NCBI GenBank assembly: GCA_963675755.2
Contig: CAXXMD010000002.1
Location: forward strand, 416,001-480,000
From: a bacterium
GTDB lineage: Bacteria; Zhuqueibacterota; Zhuqueibacteria; Residuimicrobiales; Krinioviventaceae
Reading direction: 5' to 3'
DNA: 64,000 nucleotides
Shown piece by piece: positions 1-9,796 of this stretch. The position numbers and the translations under genes were made by a program. Below the pieces are notes generated by a model. That model did not search any database. It was not told where the DNA came from and saw only the letters and a program-made list of their open reading frames with translations. Every line of letters begins with the position of its first letter. Positions within the stretch are counted from its first letter, which is position 1.

Positions 1-1
1 A

Positions 2-1009
2 GAACGTATCTGTGGAATTTGTTCAACCTCACATCCGCTTGCATGTGTGCATGCTATAGAAGATATAGACAATATTGAAATCCCGTTGAGGGCCCGTTAC
101 ATTCGCACCCTTGTTGGAGAATTGGAACGTATACACAGTCATTTGTTGTGGCTGGGGCTGGCCGGTCATTTTATTGGTTATGATACATTGTGGATGTGGT
201 CATGGAAGTACCGTGAACCGATTTTGCAAATGTTTGAGATTATCTCCGGTAACCGCAACCATTATGGCATGATGCGGGTAGGAGGTGTTGCTCAGGATGT
301 GGATCCGGATAAAATACCAATCTTGATTGATCATATGGATGAAATTGCCCAAAAGATGGACATGATTGCCAAGGCAGCCAATGATGATCCGGTTTTAAAA
401 TCCCGTCTTGTTGGAGTTGGTGTGCTTACCCATGAAGATGCGGTCAATTATTGTGCTGTAGGACCTACATCACGCGCATCGGGTGTACCTGCGGATGTTC
501 GTAAATCTGAGGATACTGACGCTTATTCTTTGATTGATTGGAATGTCATCGTCCTTGATCATGGTGATGTTTATGACAAGCTGGTAGTGCGTGTATTGGA
601 AACCGTTGAATCGATCAAAATCTGCAAGGTCTGTCTGGAAAAGCTCAAAACCGTACAAGGCCCGATTTTAAATAACGTTAAAGAAATTTCACCGGGAGAG
701 GGTATTGGCCGATATGAAGCTCCCCGTGGTGAAGTTTTTCATTATATCCGTTCAGATGGCACTAACAGGCCTATTCGCCACAAGGTACGTGCCCCGAGTT
801 TTGTAAATATACCAACCTTTGCTGCAACATGCAAGGGCGCTTCATTGGCAGATGCATTGATTACCACTGCATCTGTTGATCCGTGTTATTGTTGTACAGA
901 ACGATCCTTACGTGTCAAAGATACAGGTTCAAATGTTCTGGATGTGGATTTACTGGAACTTTCCCGAATAAAGACCAAAGTAATCAGGAGGGAGATCCAT
1001 GGAGTTTAA
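2..1009 (+). CDS. Group 4 membrane-bound [NiFe]-hydrogenase large (catalytic) subunit, 5'-truncated by window
   Basis: Frame is open from nt 2 and reads ERICGICSTSH (L1 RxCGxC Ni-binding motif) upstream of the tracked start. Also contains GELERIHSH, EAPRGE and the L2 motif DPCYCC followed by a C-terminal extension. Confidence 0.93.
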   Translation, partial: ERICGICSTSHPLACVHAIEDIDNIEIPLRARYIRTLVGELERIHSHLLWLGLAGHFIGYDTLWMWSWKYREPILQMFEIISGNRNHYGMMRVGGVAQDVDPDKIPILIDHMDEIAQKMDMIAKAANDDPVLKSRLVGVGVLTHEDAVNYCAVGPTSRASGVPADVRKSEDTDAYSLIDWNVIVLDHGDVYDKLVVRVLETVESIKICKVCLEKLKTVQGPILNNVKEISPGEGIGRYEAPRGEVFHYIRSDGTNRPIRHKVRAPSFVNIPTFAATCKGASLADALITTASVDPCYCCTERSLRVKDTGSNVLDVDLLELSRIKTKVIRREIHGV

Positions 1010-2810
1010 TACGCTGGTTTTACTTGTTACCGTCCCTCTGGGGATTGCTGTAATGAATCTGGTTTTGCCCACAATACTACAAAAACTGTTAATGGCTGCG
1101 GGTACATTGAGTTTAATGTGGTTTTCATTTTTGCTCTATAAAAACGGCAATATGGTTTGGAGCATGAATGATCAGGTGTTTTTGCAAACCACACCATTAT
1201 CTATCTTGTGTATTGTATTTGTTCAAATCATTTCATTCATCATTCTACTCTTTGCAATAAAAGGAATGAATCCTGATCTGGAACGAAGATTTTTCATTTT
1301 GTTTCCATTAACTGTTGCACTCTCTAATGGTGCGCTGGCGAGTGAACATAGCATCTTTTTCCTCACTTTCTGGGGATTTTCAGGTGTACTGCTGTATCTA
1401 TTTGGTGTCATGTCCGGAAATGGTGATGCATCTCAATCCGCTAAAAAGACGTTTATGATTATTGGTGGTAGCGATGCTTTTTTAATTATGGGCTTTGCCA
1501 TTTTATGGACACTTCAGCCCGGTTCCAACTGGTCTTTGACAGCATTGAATGTACCCCTGGATAGTGGCATGTCATGGATGGCATTGATTTTTTTACTTTT
1601 GGCTGCCTTTGCCAAAGCCGGTTGTTTTCCATTCCATACCTGGGTACCGGATTACAGTCGGGATACGCATGTAGAAGCAGTAGTTTTGTTACCCGCATCT
1701 ATTGATAAACTTTTGGGTATTTACCTGTTGGCCATGATTGTAACTGTATTTTTTCAGGCCACTTTGTTACTGCACATGATACTGATCACCGTTGGAGCGG
1801 TTTCCATAATTACTGCGGTTATGATGGCGTTAACACAGCATGACGGTCGCAGGTTACTGGGCTACCATGCCGTCAGTCAGGTTGGATATATGGTTCTGGG
1901 AGTTGGTAGCGGCAGCTTGATTGCTTTTGCAGGTGGATTGTTTCACATGATCAATAATGTGTTATACAAAAGCGGATTGTTTCTTTCTATGGGAGCTGTT
2001 GAAAAAAAGACCGGTACACATGATCTTGATAAACTCGGTGGTCTGGCTCGTAGTATGCCTTTGACATTTATAATGGCTCTAGTAGCAGCATTATCTATTT
2101 CAGGAATTCCACCTTTTAATGGCTTTTTCTCTAAATGGATGATCTATCAGGGACTGGTTGAAATGGCCGGATCCATGGCACCGGGCTACCAGCTTTGGTT
2201 ATTGTTATGTTTAATTCTGGCAGTCTTTGGTAGTGCGTTAACCCTTGCCAGTTTTCTGAAATTTATCCATGCTGTCTTTCTGGGCAAGCGCCCTGAAAAA
2301 TACAATGCTGTTGATGAAGCACCCATCAATCAATGGCTTTCAACTGGTGTTCTGGCATTGTTATGTTTGGTTTTCGGATTATTTGCTATTCAAATCCCTC
2401 TAAAACTTTTTGTACTGCCTGTTGCGGGTGTTTCAATAGAATCTTTGCCAATTATTGGATTATATCAGCCGGTTGTAATATCTATACTATTTTTAATAAT
2501 GCTAATCTTTGGTTTACTGATATATCGTGTTGCCCGTACTGTTCGGTATGATCAAAATTATATTGGTGGAATGCCTGCTCATGAAAAATACCGCGTTTCC
2601 GGAACCGGATTTTATAACGAAATACGACGAATGTCTCCGCTAAAAGCATTATATGATGCTGCCGAGAAAAAAATATTTGATATTTACAATCAGGGAGCCG
2701 GCATAACCAATAGTTTTGCGGGCTTGTTCCAAAAAGCCCATCCGGGGCAGTTACAGTTGTACCTGTTGTATATGATAGTCGGTTTGTTGATTTTTATTTT
2801 CCTTATTTAA
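999..2810 (+). CDS. Proton-translocating antiporter-like subunit (MrpA/NuoL/HyfB family) of the hydrogenase complex
   Basis: Very hydrophobic 603 aa. KAGCFPFHTWVP, LLGYHAVSQVGY and GIPPFNGFFSKW motifs. Confidence 0.88.
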   Translation: MEFNTLVLLVTVPLGIAVMNLVLPTILQKLLMAAGTLSLMWFSFLLYKNGNMVWSMNDQVFLQTTPLSILCIVFVQIISFIILLFAIKGMNPDLERRFFILFPLTVALSNGALASEHSIFFLTFWGFSGVLLYLFGVMSGNGDASQSAKKTFMIIGGSDAFLIMGFAILWTLQPGSNWSLTALNVPLDSGMSWMALIFLLLAAFAKAGCFPFHTWVPDYSRDTHVEAVVLLPASIDKLLGIYLLAMIVTVFFQATLLLHMILITVGAVSIITAVMMALTQHDGRRLLGYHAVSQVGYMVLGVGSGSLIAFAGGLFHMINNVLYKSGLFLSMGAVEKKTGTHDLDKLGGLARSMPLTFIMALVAALSISGIPPFNGFFSKWMIYQGLVEMAGSMAPGYQLWLLLCLILAVFGSALTLASFLKFIHAVFLGKRPEKYNAVDEAPINQWLSTGVLALLCLVFGLFAIQIPLKLFVLPVAGVSIESLPIIGLYQPVVISILFLIMLIFGLLIYRVARTVRYDQNYIGGMPAHEKYRVSGTGFYNEIRRMSPLKALYDAAEKKIFDIYNQGAGITNSFAGLFQKAHPGQLQLYLLYMIVGLLIFIFLI

Positions 2811-2834
2811 TCATACAGGAGCATGGAGGATACT

Positions 2835-3386
2835 ATGCCTGTTGAAACATGGTTGACATTTACATTGGGATTTATGGTTATTGGATCCATTGTAGCATTG
2901 GAAATTAAAGATATTCTTTCTTCAATTATTGCCATTGGTATTGTGGGGCTGGCTGTATCGGTTTCATTCCTGTTTTTGCAGGCCCCGGATCTTGCAATTG
3001 TTCAATTTTTATTCGAAATATTTGCGTTAATTATTCTGGTTCAGGCTTTTGTGTCCAAAGAAAACCACTTGATGGAGCCCGCAAAAGCAGGGAAAATGAT
3101 TACTGCAATATCAATCCTTGTATTAATTGCTATTTTTGTGGGCAGTATCCAGTTCTTTCGTTTAATGCCCGTTTTTGGGGATCCGATTTTAGGAACAGCG
3201 GCTCACTATTTGGAAAATGGAGCCGTTGAGACGGGTGCCGCGAACCTGGTGAGTTCCATTATATTGGATTATCGTGCTTATGATACGCTGGGTGAGATTA
3301 CCGTTTTGTTTACTGCCATTTTGGGAACGATAACCATATTGCGAATCAGAACAAATTCAAAACAGACAGGAGGGACCGAGTCATGA
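2835..3386 (+). CDS. Mbh D/E-like (DUF4040 + MrpB N-terminal-like) membrane subunit
   Basis: APDLAIVQ and NLVSSIILDYRAYDTLGE motifs. ATG 2835 chosen because GGAGG precedes it; alternative start 2823. Confidence 0.8.
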   Translation: MPVETWLTFTLGFMVIGSIVALEIKDILSSIIAIGIVGLAVSVSFLFLQAPDLAIVQFLFEIFALIILVQAFVSKENHLMEPAKAGKMITAISILVLIAIFVGSIQFFRLMPVFGDPILGTAAHYLENGAVETGAANLVSSIILDYRAYDTLGEITVLFTAILGTITILRIRTNSKQTGGTES

Positions 3387-3832
3387 ACGATAAGCAAGGT
3401 ATGACATTGATTGTTAAAACGGTATCACGGCTCTCTGTTTGGTTAATTCTGCTGTATGGTATGTACATCATTTTGCATGGACATCTAACTCCGGGTGGAG
3501 GCTTTGGTGGAGGCGTAATCATTGCTTTGGCATTTTTAAATATACTGCTTGCCTATGGTAAAAACTTTACTCAATCCTGGATCAATATTCATGCATTTGA
3601 ACGATTTGAAAGTTTTACCGCAATATTGTTCCTGATTGTTGGCATTATAGGCATTGCAACAGGTGTTTCGTTTCTGTTTAATTTTCTTCAACATGGTACT
3701 CTGTTTCATTTGCTAAGTGCCGGAACGATTCCGGTTTTGAATATTATTATTGGCATCAAAGTGTCATTGTCACTGTTTCTTGTGATTTGGGTTTTGGCCG
3801 GAATTAAAATAGCCAAAGGAGACAACGCATGA
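3383..3832 (+). CDS. Na+/H+ antiporter subunit B-like (MnhB/MbhF)
   Basis: HGHLTPGGGFGGG motif; ATGA overlap coupling. Confidence 0.88.
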   Translation: MNDKQGMTLIVKTVSRLSVWLILLYGMYIILHGHLTPGGGFGGGVIIALAFLNILLAYGKNFTQSWINIHAFERFESFTAILFLIVGIIGIATGVSFLFNFLQHGTLFHLLSAGTIPVLNIIIGIKVSLSLFLVIWVLAGIKIAKGDNA

Positions 3833-4167
3833 TCATCTATTATTTGTGTTTTGCGCTCTTTCTTGTGGGAGTGTATGGAGTATTGACAAAACGAGATTTA
3901 ATTAAAATCATTCTCTCGGTTGCAATTATGGGTTATGCAGCGAATATGTTTTTAATCCTGTTTGCTTATAAGAAGGATGCCATTTATCCCATTCTCACAA
4001 GCACTGAAAATATTAAAGCCATGGTAGATCCTTTACCACAGGCGCTAGTTTTAACATCTATTGTCATTGAATTGGGAACAACTGCATTACTGGTTGCGCT
4101 TGCTGTTAAATTGTTTGAAAAATATAAAACCTTTGATATCACCAAAATAAGGAGATTGCACGGATGA
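3829..4167 (+). CDS. Na+/H+ antiporter subunit C-like (MnhC/MbhG)
   Basis: DPLPQALVLTSIVI motif; three TM segments. Confidence 0.9.
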   Translation: MIIYYLCFALFLVGVYGVLTKRDLIKIILSVAIMGYAANMFLILFAYKKDAIYPILTSTENIKAMVDPLPQALVLTSIVIELGTTALLVALAVKLFEKYKTFDITKIRRLHG

Positions 4168-5639
4168 TTCTTCCGACTTTTATTATCATCCCCCTGGCGG
4201 CTGCCTTTCTTATTACCCTTATTGCAGGTAAAAAAGATATCTGGGGAATTGCCATTGCACTGGTTGCTACTCTTGCGTTACTGATATTGTCCGTTTCCGA
4301 GTTTATCACATTAGATGGTGAGACACAGACATATGAAATGGGAGGGTGGATTGTTCCAATCGGTATTGTATTGGTCAAAGATGCATTAACCTGTTTCATG
4401 CTTATTATCACTAGCTTGATATCCTTTACATCCCTATTGTATTCAATACAATATATCCGACATCTTTCAATGGATTGGAAATACTATGCATTGTTTATGC
4501 TGCTGCTTGCAGGAATGAATGGTGTTACAATTACCGGTGATTTGTTTAATCTCTTTGTCTTTATGGAAGTAGCCTTGCTTGCCGCTTTTTCACTTGTTGC
4601 TTATGGAGGCAGAGCGGAAGAGTTTGAAGCATCGTTCAAATACGCAGTTATGGGGGCAGTTTCTTCCAGTATTGTACTGATAGGAATAGCCGTTACCTAT
4701 AGCACTACATCCACATTGACTTTGGCTGGTATTGCCAAAGCGTTGCATGCCGCTGACCCTGCTCTTGCGTTATGGATTGGTGCCATCTTTCTTGCCGGAT
4801 TTGGGCTCAAAGCTGCAGCCATGCCGTTTCATGCCTGGTTGCCCGATGCACATTCGTCAGCTCCCGCGCCAATCTCATCCATGTTATCCGGAGTGTTGAT
4901 TAAAGTTTTAGGAATCTATGTACTGGTCCGGATATTTTTCCATGTATTGGGAGCACCTCAAATATTTATGACCTTGTTCCTGGTCATTGGTGGTATATCT
5001 GTAGTGATCAGTGGATTACTTTCTGTCGGTCAATGGGACATTAAACGATTGTTAGCTTATAGCAGTATCAGCCAGATTGGTTATATATTGCTGGGATTAG
5101 GTTTAGCAACTCCTTTGGGCATATTGGGTGCGGTTTTCCATATATTTAACCACGCTGTATTCAAAGCATTATTGTTTTATAATGCGGGCAGTGTAGAGAT
5201 GATAACAGGAACCCGTGATCTCCACAAGATGGGAAACCTGGGCAAGCTGATGCCTGTAACCTCGGCTACTTCATTAATTGCATCACTAGCGATTTCGGGA
5301 ATTCCTCCTTTTAATGGATTTTTCAGCAAATTGTTAATCATCATTGCCCTTGTACAGGCAGGACATCCGATATATGCTGTTATTGCTATAGCGGGCAGTT
5401 TGTTGACTCTTGCCGCATTAATGAAAGTACAAAGGCACGGCTTTCATGGAGATGCCGAACTGGTAGAACCTAAAGGTAAAATTGGCTGGAACATGAATTT
5501 TGCCATGATTGTGCTTGCAGTAATCTGTGTCGTTTCAAGTTTATTATTATTACCCGGAATTAAAGAGGTAACCCTTGATCCCGTTGTGACAGTTATTGTT
5601 GAAAATGCAAAATATACCCAGTTTGTAATGGGGAGGTAG
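4164..5639 (+). CDS. Na+/H+ antiporter subunit D-like (MnhD/MbhH)
   Basis: DLFNLFVFME, PFHAWLPDAH, KRLLAYSSISQIGY motifs. Confidence 0.9.
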   Translation: MILPTFIIIPLAAAFLITLIAGKKDIWGIAIALVATLALLILSVSEFITLDGETQTYEMGGWIVPIGIVLVKDALTCFMLIITSLISFTSLLYSIQYIRHLSMDWKYYALFMLLLAGMNGVTITGDLFNLFVFMEVALLAAFSLVAYGGRAEEFEASFKYAVMGAVSSSIVLIGIAVTYSTTSTLTLAGIAKALHAADPALALWIGAIFLAGFGLKAAAMPFHAWLPDAHSSAPAPISSMLSGVLIKVLGIYVLVRIFFHVLGAPQIFMTLFLVIGGISVVISGLLSVGQWDIKRLLAYSSISQIGYILLGLGLATPLGILGAVFHIFNHAVFKALLFYNAGSVEMITGTRDLHKMGNLGKLMPVTSATSLIASLAISGIPPFNGFFSKLLIIIALVQAGHPIYAVIAIAGSLLTLAALMKVQRHGFHGDAELVEPKGKIGWNMNFAMIVLAVICVVSSLLLLPGIKEVTLDPVVTVIVENAKYTQFVMGR

Positions 5640-5641
5640 GC

Positions 5642-6148
5642 ATGAGTTTAAAACTTAAAAGTAGAATCATTGTCTTTGTTTTATCTTTTCTGGTTTGGAT
5701 TGCGTTAACAAGTTATAAAGATGTTCAGGAGATTGTCGCAGGTGTTATTGTAGCATTCATTGTATCCTGGGCTGCCGGACATTTCTTTATCACTACAGAA
5801 AAACAGCATGGTACATTTAGGCGTATATTTGCAGCCATTCGATACATGTTTAAATTTTTCTTTGAAATGATACGGGCAAATTTGCATGTTGCCTATATTG
5901 TTGTGCACCCTAACTTGCCTATTAAACCGGGTATTGTGAAAATTAAATCTAATCTTACCAAAGATTCAGCATTGACTATACTGACAAATTCGATCACACT
6001 TACTCCCGGCACATTAACTATTGATATAAATCCGGATACCAAAGAGATATATATTCACTGGATCGATGTTTTATCCACTAAAATTGAAGAAAATACTCAA
6101 AACATAGGACAACGCTTTGAACCCTTGTTGACGGAGGTGTTTGAATGA
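5642..6148 (+). CDS. Na+/H+ antiporter subunit E-like (MnhE/MbhA)
   Basis: NSITLTPGTLT motif. Confidence 0.9.
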   Translation: MSLKLKSRIIVFVLSFLVWIALTSYKDVQEIVAGVIVAFIVSWAAGHFFITTEKQHGTFRRIFAAIRYMFKFFFEMIRANLHVAYIVVHPNLPIKPGIVKIKSNLTKDSALTILTNSITLTPGTLTIDINPDTKEIYIHWIDVLSTKIEENTQNIGQRFEPLLTEVFE

Positions 6149-6483
6149 GAACCTTGAGATGGATTATTGGATTTATTCTGATAACAGCATTCTTTGTGTA
6201 TAATTTTGTATTTTATGATGGACTTTTATTATTCAAGTTGATAAATGTAAGCTTGTTTTGTGCGTTGTTTGTTCTTTACAGAGTAATAGTGGGGCCTACA
6301 CCGGCTGACCGAATTGTAGCTGTTGATATATTGGGTGTATTGATTGTGGGTATGCTTGCTATTATTGGTATGTATTATGATCAGAATTTTTTCCTGGATA
6401 TAGCTTTGATTTGGGCCTTATTGAGTTTTATCGCATCGCTGGCTTTTTCAAAAATCCTTGAAGGGAGGCAGTTGGATGATTAG
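6145..6483 (+). CDS. Na+/H+ antiporter subunit F-like (MnhF/MbhB)
   Basis: GPTPADRIVAVD motif. Confidence 0.88.
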   Translation: MRTLRWIIGFILITAFFVYNFVFYDGLLLFKLINVSLFCALFVLYRVIVGPTPADRIVAVDILGVLIVGMLAIIGMYYDQNFFLDIALIWALLSFIASLAFSKILEGRQLDD

Positions 6484-6814
6484 AGAAAATATTGGGATGG
6501 TATTTATTTTTATCGGCATTGCTTTCGATTTTTTTGGTGTCTTGGGACTCGTACGGTTGCCGGATGTTTATAATCGATTACAAGCCGCCACAAAATGCGT
6601 AACCTTTGGATCTGCAGGTATTTTGTTTGGCGTGTTTTTAATCTATGGATTTAACACTTTTGGATTCAAAGCCATTTTGGGAATTATTTTTATCTTTTTA
6701 ACATCACCGGTTGCTGCTCATGTTATTTCACGGGCAGCCCATCGCAGTGGTATTCCCTTAACACCTGAAACCGTTATTGACGAGTATCAAATTGATAATG
6801 AATTAAAAGATTAA
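6476..6814 (+). CDS. Na+/H+ antiporter subunit G-like (MnhG/MbhC)
   Basis: RLPDVYNRLQAATK and PVAAHVISRAA motifs. ATG 6476 follows GGGAGG. Confidence 0.88.
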   Translation: MIRENIGMVFIFIGIAFDFFGVLGLVRLPDVYNRLQAATKCVTFGSAGILFGVFLIYGFNTFGFKAILGIIFIFLTSPVAAHVISRAAHRSGIPLTPETVIDEYQIDNELKD

Positions 6815-6843
6815 TTAAACATTAACCTCTTTTGGAGATGTTT

Positions 6844-7446
6844 ATGTTTTTACCTAAATTACGTGAAATCAAAGAAGCGCTGACATCCTTTTTCAGCGCA
6901 CCATATACAACAAAATTCCCGGCGGAACCATTTACTGCAGCAAAAGAGTACAGAGGACATCCCCGTTATAATGCAGAATTTTGTATTGGATGTGGAACAT
7001 GTTCGCAGGTTTGTCCTTCTGGGGCCATTTCTTTTGAGGATGATATTAAAAATGTCACTCGTACCTTGACAGTGGATTATAATGTCTGTATTAACTGTGG
7101 GCAATGCCAGGAGCATTGTATTACCGAACGCGGCATAATCCTAACCAATGAACACTCGTTGGCATATATGGACAAGACAGTTCCGGAATCTAAAGAGTCA
7201 CTGGAAAGAGAACTGGCAATCTGTGAAAGTTGCGGAAAAGTTGTTGCTTGTAAAAGTCATTTGGTGTGGATTAAAGAACGGCTAGGAGCCAAAGCTTATG
7301 CGCATCCCAACTTAATCCTGCAAACCCAGGAACAGTTTTTTAATGTTGAGCCCTATCATGTCAAAAGCCAGATCAGACGTGAAGACCAGTTTAAAATGGT
7401 TTGCGCAAAATGCCGTAATATGATTGTTGTGGCAGATGAATTTTGA
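6844..7446 (+). CDS. 2x[4Fe-4S] ferredoxin-like subunit (NuoI/HycF/MbhN family)
   Basis: CIGCGTCSQVCP and CINCGQCQEHC, plus extra CESC and CAKC pairs. Start 6844 (GGAG upstream) or 6838. Confidence 0.88.
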   Translation: MFLPKLREIKEALTSFFSAPYTTKFPAEPFTAAKEYRGHPRYNAEFCIGCGTCSQVCPSGAISFEDDIKNVTRTLTVDYNVCINCGQCQEHCITERGIILTNEHSLAYMDKTVPESKESLERELAICESCGKVVACKSHLVWIKERLGAKAYAHPNLILQTQEQFFNVEPYHVKSQIRREDQFKMVCAKCRNMIVVADEF

Positions 7447-7909
7447 TGATTTAAAAACAGCATTATCACTTTATAATCCGTCAGATATTGTATTTCTTGC
7501 GTTGGGCAATACATTCAGAGGTGACGATGGAGTAGGAATTTTTTTTGCTCAACATTTGCAATCATCAATTGAATTTTCAAATGCCAATTTTATATATGCT
7601 TATACCACACCTGAAAATTATTTACAGCAAATTATTGATCTGAAACCTGGTATAATTGTTTGTATTGACTCGGCCCGGATGGGGAGCGGGCCGGGGGATA
7701 TTCAATGGTTGTCTCCTTCAATTCTGGATTCATTCAGAATCAGCACGCATGCATTTTCAATTTTAATGATAGAAGAGTATCTGAGAAACTATTGTGATTC
7801 CCGGTTCCTTTATATTGGCATAGAGCCTCAACAAACCCTGCCTGTTGAAAGCTTGTCTCCCGTTGTTGAACAACATTTAGATCTTTTTTTTGGAATTGTG
7901 CCTGTTTAA
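7436..7909 (+). CDS. hycI: Hydrogenase maturation endopeptidase (HycI-like)
   Basis: LGNTFRGDDGVG, TPEN, IDSA, STH and IGIEP motifs; last gene of the hydrogenase operon. Confidence 0.85.
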   Translation: MNFDDLKTALSLYNPSDIVFLALGNTFRGDDGVGIFFAQHLQSSIEFSNANFIYAYTTPENYLQQIIDLKPGIIVCIDSARMGSGPGDIQWLSPSILDSFRISTHAFSILMIEEYLRNYCDSRFLYIGIEPQQTLPVESLSPVVEQHLDLFFGIVPV

Positions 7910-7977
7910 GATTTTTATGTTGAACTAGTATTGGGGATATAGTATATTTATTTTAATAATCATTCATAAAAATTTGT

Positions 7978-8787
7978 GTGATGATGAATTATTTTAAAAC
8001 TACAATATTTATACTGATTGTAATATTTGTGAATTTACTCCTGGCTGCTGAAAAGAATACCCATATAATACTCCAGGAATGGCAGCTCATTTACAAAGAA
8101 TACAATGCGCAGGGCATTACGATTGTATATGATTTGAACAATGATCAGTTTTATTATAATGATACAAATAGGGCCAGGAAACAGTATTTACCGGCATCCA
8201 CATTTAAATTACTCAATTCTTTAATTGCGCTTGAAACCGGTGTTATTAAAGATGAAAATGAAATAATTAAATGGGATGAAAAAGATCGTGGCATTCCTCA
8301 ATGGAACCGTGATCATTGTTTGAAAACCGCATTTTCCAATTCTGTTGTATGGTTTTATCAAGAGTTGAGTCGACGCATTGGCCGTAATCGAATGCAGCAA
8401 TATGTAAAATTGTCAGATTATGGTAACCATGAAATAAATGGAGCAATTGATAGTTTCTGGCTTGATGGCCAGTTGCGAATTACTCCATTGGAACAAATTG
8501 AATTTCTGAAACGACTCTATTTTGAGCAATTACCATTTTCTAAACGTAATTTTGAAATTGTAAAACGAATCAGCATTGTTGAACAAACCAATTCTTATAC
8601 ATTGCATGCCAAGTCGGGATGGGCAACAAGTGTATTTCCAAATGTTGGCTGGTGGGTTGGATATTTGGAACAAGATAATAATGTATATTTTTTTGCAACG
8701 GAAATTGATATAATTGATCCATCAGACAATGACAAAAGAGAACTATTAACCCGTGAGATTTTAAAATCCATGGATCTTTTGCAATAG
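7978..8787 (+). CDS. Class D (OXA-family) beta-lactamase-like protein
   Basis: Signal peptide; PASTFK (SxxK), SVV, YGN, FWLDG, KSGW (KTG variant), GWWVG. Confidence 0.88.
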   Translation: MMMNYFKTTIFILIVIFVNLLLAAEKNTHIILQEWQLIYKEYNAQGITIVYDLNNDQFYYNDTNRARKQYLPASTFKLLNSLIALETGVIKDENEIIKWDEKDRGIPQWNRDHCLKTAFSNSVVWFYQELSRRIGRNRMQQYVKLSDYGNHEINGAIDSFWLDGQLRITPLEQIEFLKRLYFEQLPFSKRNFEIVKRISIVEQTNSYTLHAKSGWATSVFPNVGWWVGYLEQDNNVYFFATEIDIIDPSDNDKRELLTREILKSMDLLQ

Positions 8788-8830
8788 TTACGTGTTTAAT
8801 AATATATAATTATTCATAGGGGAGTATATT

Positions 8831-9280
8831 ATGTATCGCTATTTAATCTGCAGTGTTATAATCATTTCTTTTATTTTTATTTCCTGCTCTGATAATGTTA
8901 CCGAAAAAGAAGAAGTAATTGTTGATTACGAATACCTGGGTATGCAAAATTCAGGATGTTTAAAGCACGGATTGGAAAAAACAACATCGGAGGAAACATA
9001 CCTAAAAGACTGGGATCTTGTTGATGGAATTCTTGATCTTTCCATTTACCATCTCGCAAATTGTTGTACTGAATTTGTTGATAGTGTAGCTGTTAGTGGA
9101 AATACAATTGATTTGTTTTTACAGGATGTTCACCAGAACTGTCATTGTATTTGTGATTATACAACAGATTACTCTTTTCGTATACCTACACTTTTAGAAT
9201 ATCACATAAGATTTAACTACAAGGCATATTTAGCAACCACCTATACCTGCACGCTGGATACAGTAATACATGTTCAATAA
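8831..9280 (+). CDS. Cys-rich lipoprotein, paralog 1 of 3
   Basis: Lipobox FISC; EYLGMQNSGCL...NCC...CHCIC pattern shared with the next two ORFs. Confidence 0.75.
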   Translation: MYRYLICSVIIISFIFISCSDNVTEKEEVIVDYEYLGMQNSGCLKHGLEKTTSEETYLKDWDLVDGILDLSIYHLANCCTEFVDSVAVSGNTIDLFLQDVHQNCHCICDYTTDYSFRIPTLLEYHIRFNYKAYLATTYTCTLDTVIHVQ

Positions 9281-9321
9281 ATTTAACAATTTATAATTGA
9301 CTACTTAATTTGGGGTGTAAT

Positions 9322-9768
9322 ATGTTAAAATTTTATTTTTCCATTGCAGGTATAATGCTGCTCCTGATTTGGGGATGTTCCAATATTATGGATGATAATG
9401 TACCCCAAAAGTCTGTTGAATATCTGGGGATGCAGAATTCAGGATGCCTGCCTGAAGGCTTGCAAAAAACAGCTTTTAATGAACCCTCTGTCTATAAATG
9501 GGATTATTCAAATGGTATTTTAAATCTTGGTATTTATCATTCTTCAAATTGTTGTCCTGAATTTCATGACAGCGTTGCTGTTAATGGCCGGCAGATTGAA
9601 ATGTATTTAAGAGATGATCTCGGTAATTGTTTGTGTATTTGCGAATATCATACAGATTATTCTTTTCAGTTAACAGAGCTGGGTGAGTACCGCATTTTGT
9701 TTTATTTTAAATATAAGGCACAAGCTCATTATTCAGCTTTGATTGACACTGTATTGCAAATAAATTAA
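9322..9768 (+). CDS. Cys-rich lipoprotein, paralog 2 of 3
   Basis: Lipobox IWGC; EYLGMQNSGCL...NCC...CLCIC. Confidence 0.75.
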   Translation: MLKFYFSIAGIMLLLIWGCSNIMDDNVPQKSVEYLGMQNSGCLPEGLQKTAFNEPSVYKWDYSNGILNLGIYHSSNCCPEFHDSVAVNGRQIEMYLRDDLGNCLCICEYHTDYSFQLTELGEYRILFYFKYKAQAHYSALIDTVLQIN

Positions 9769-9796
9769 TTCTTATATTTAAATTCAAGGAATTGAT

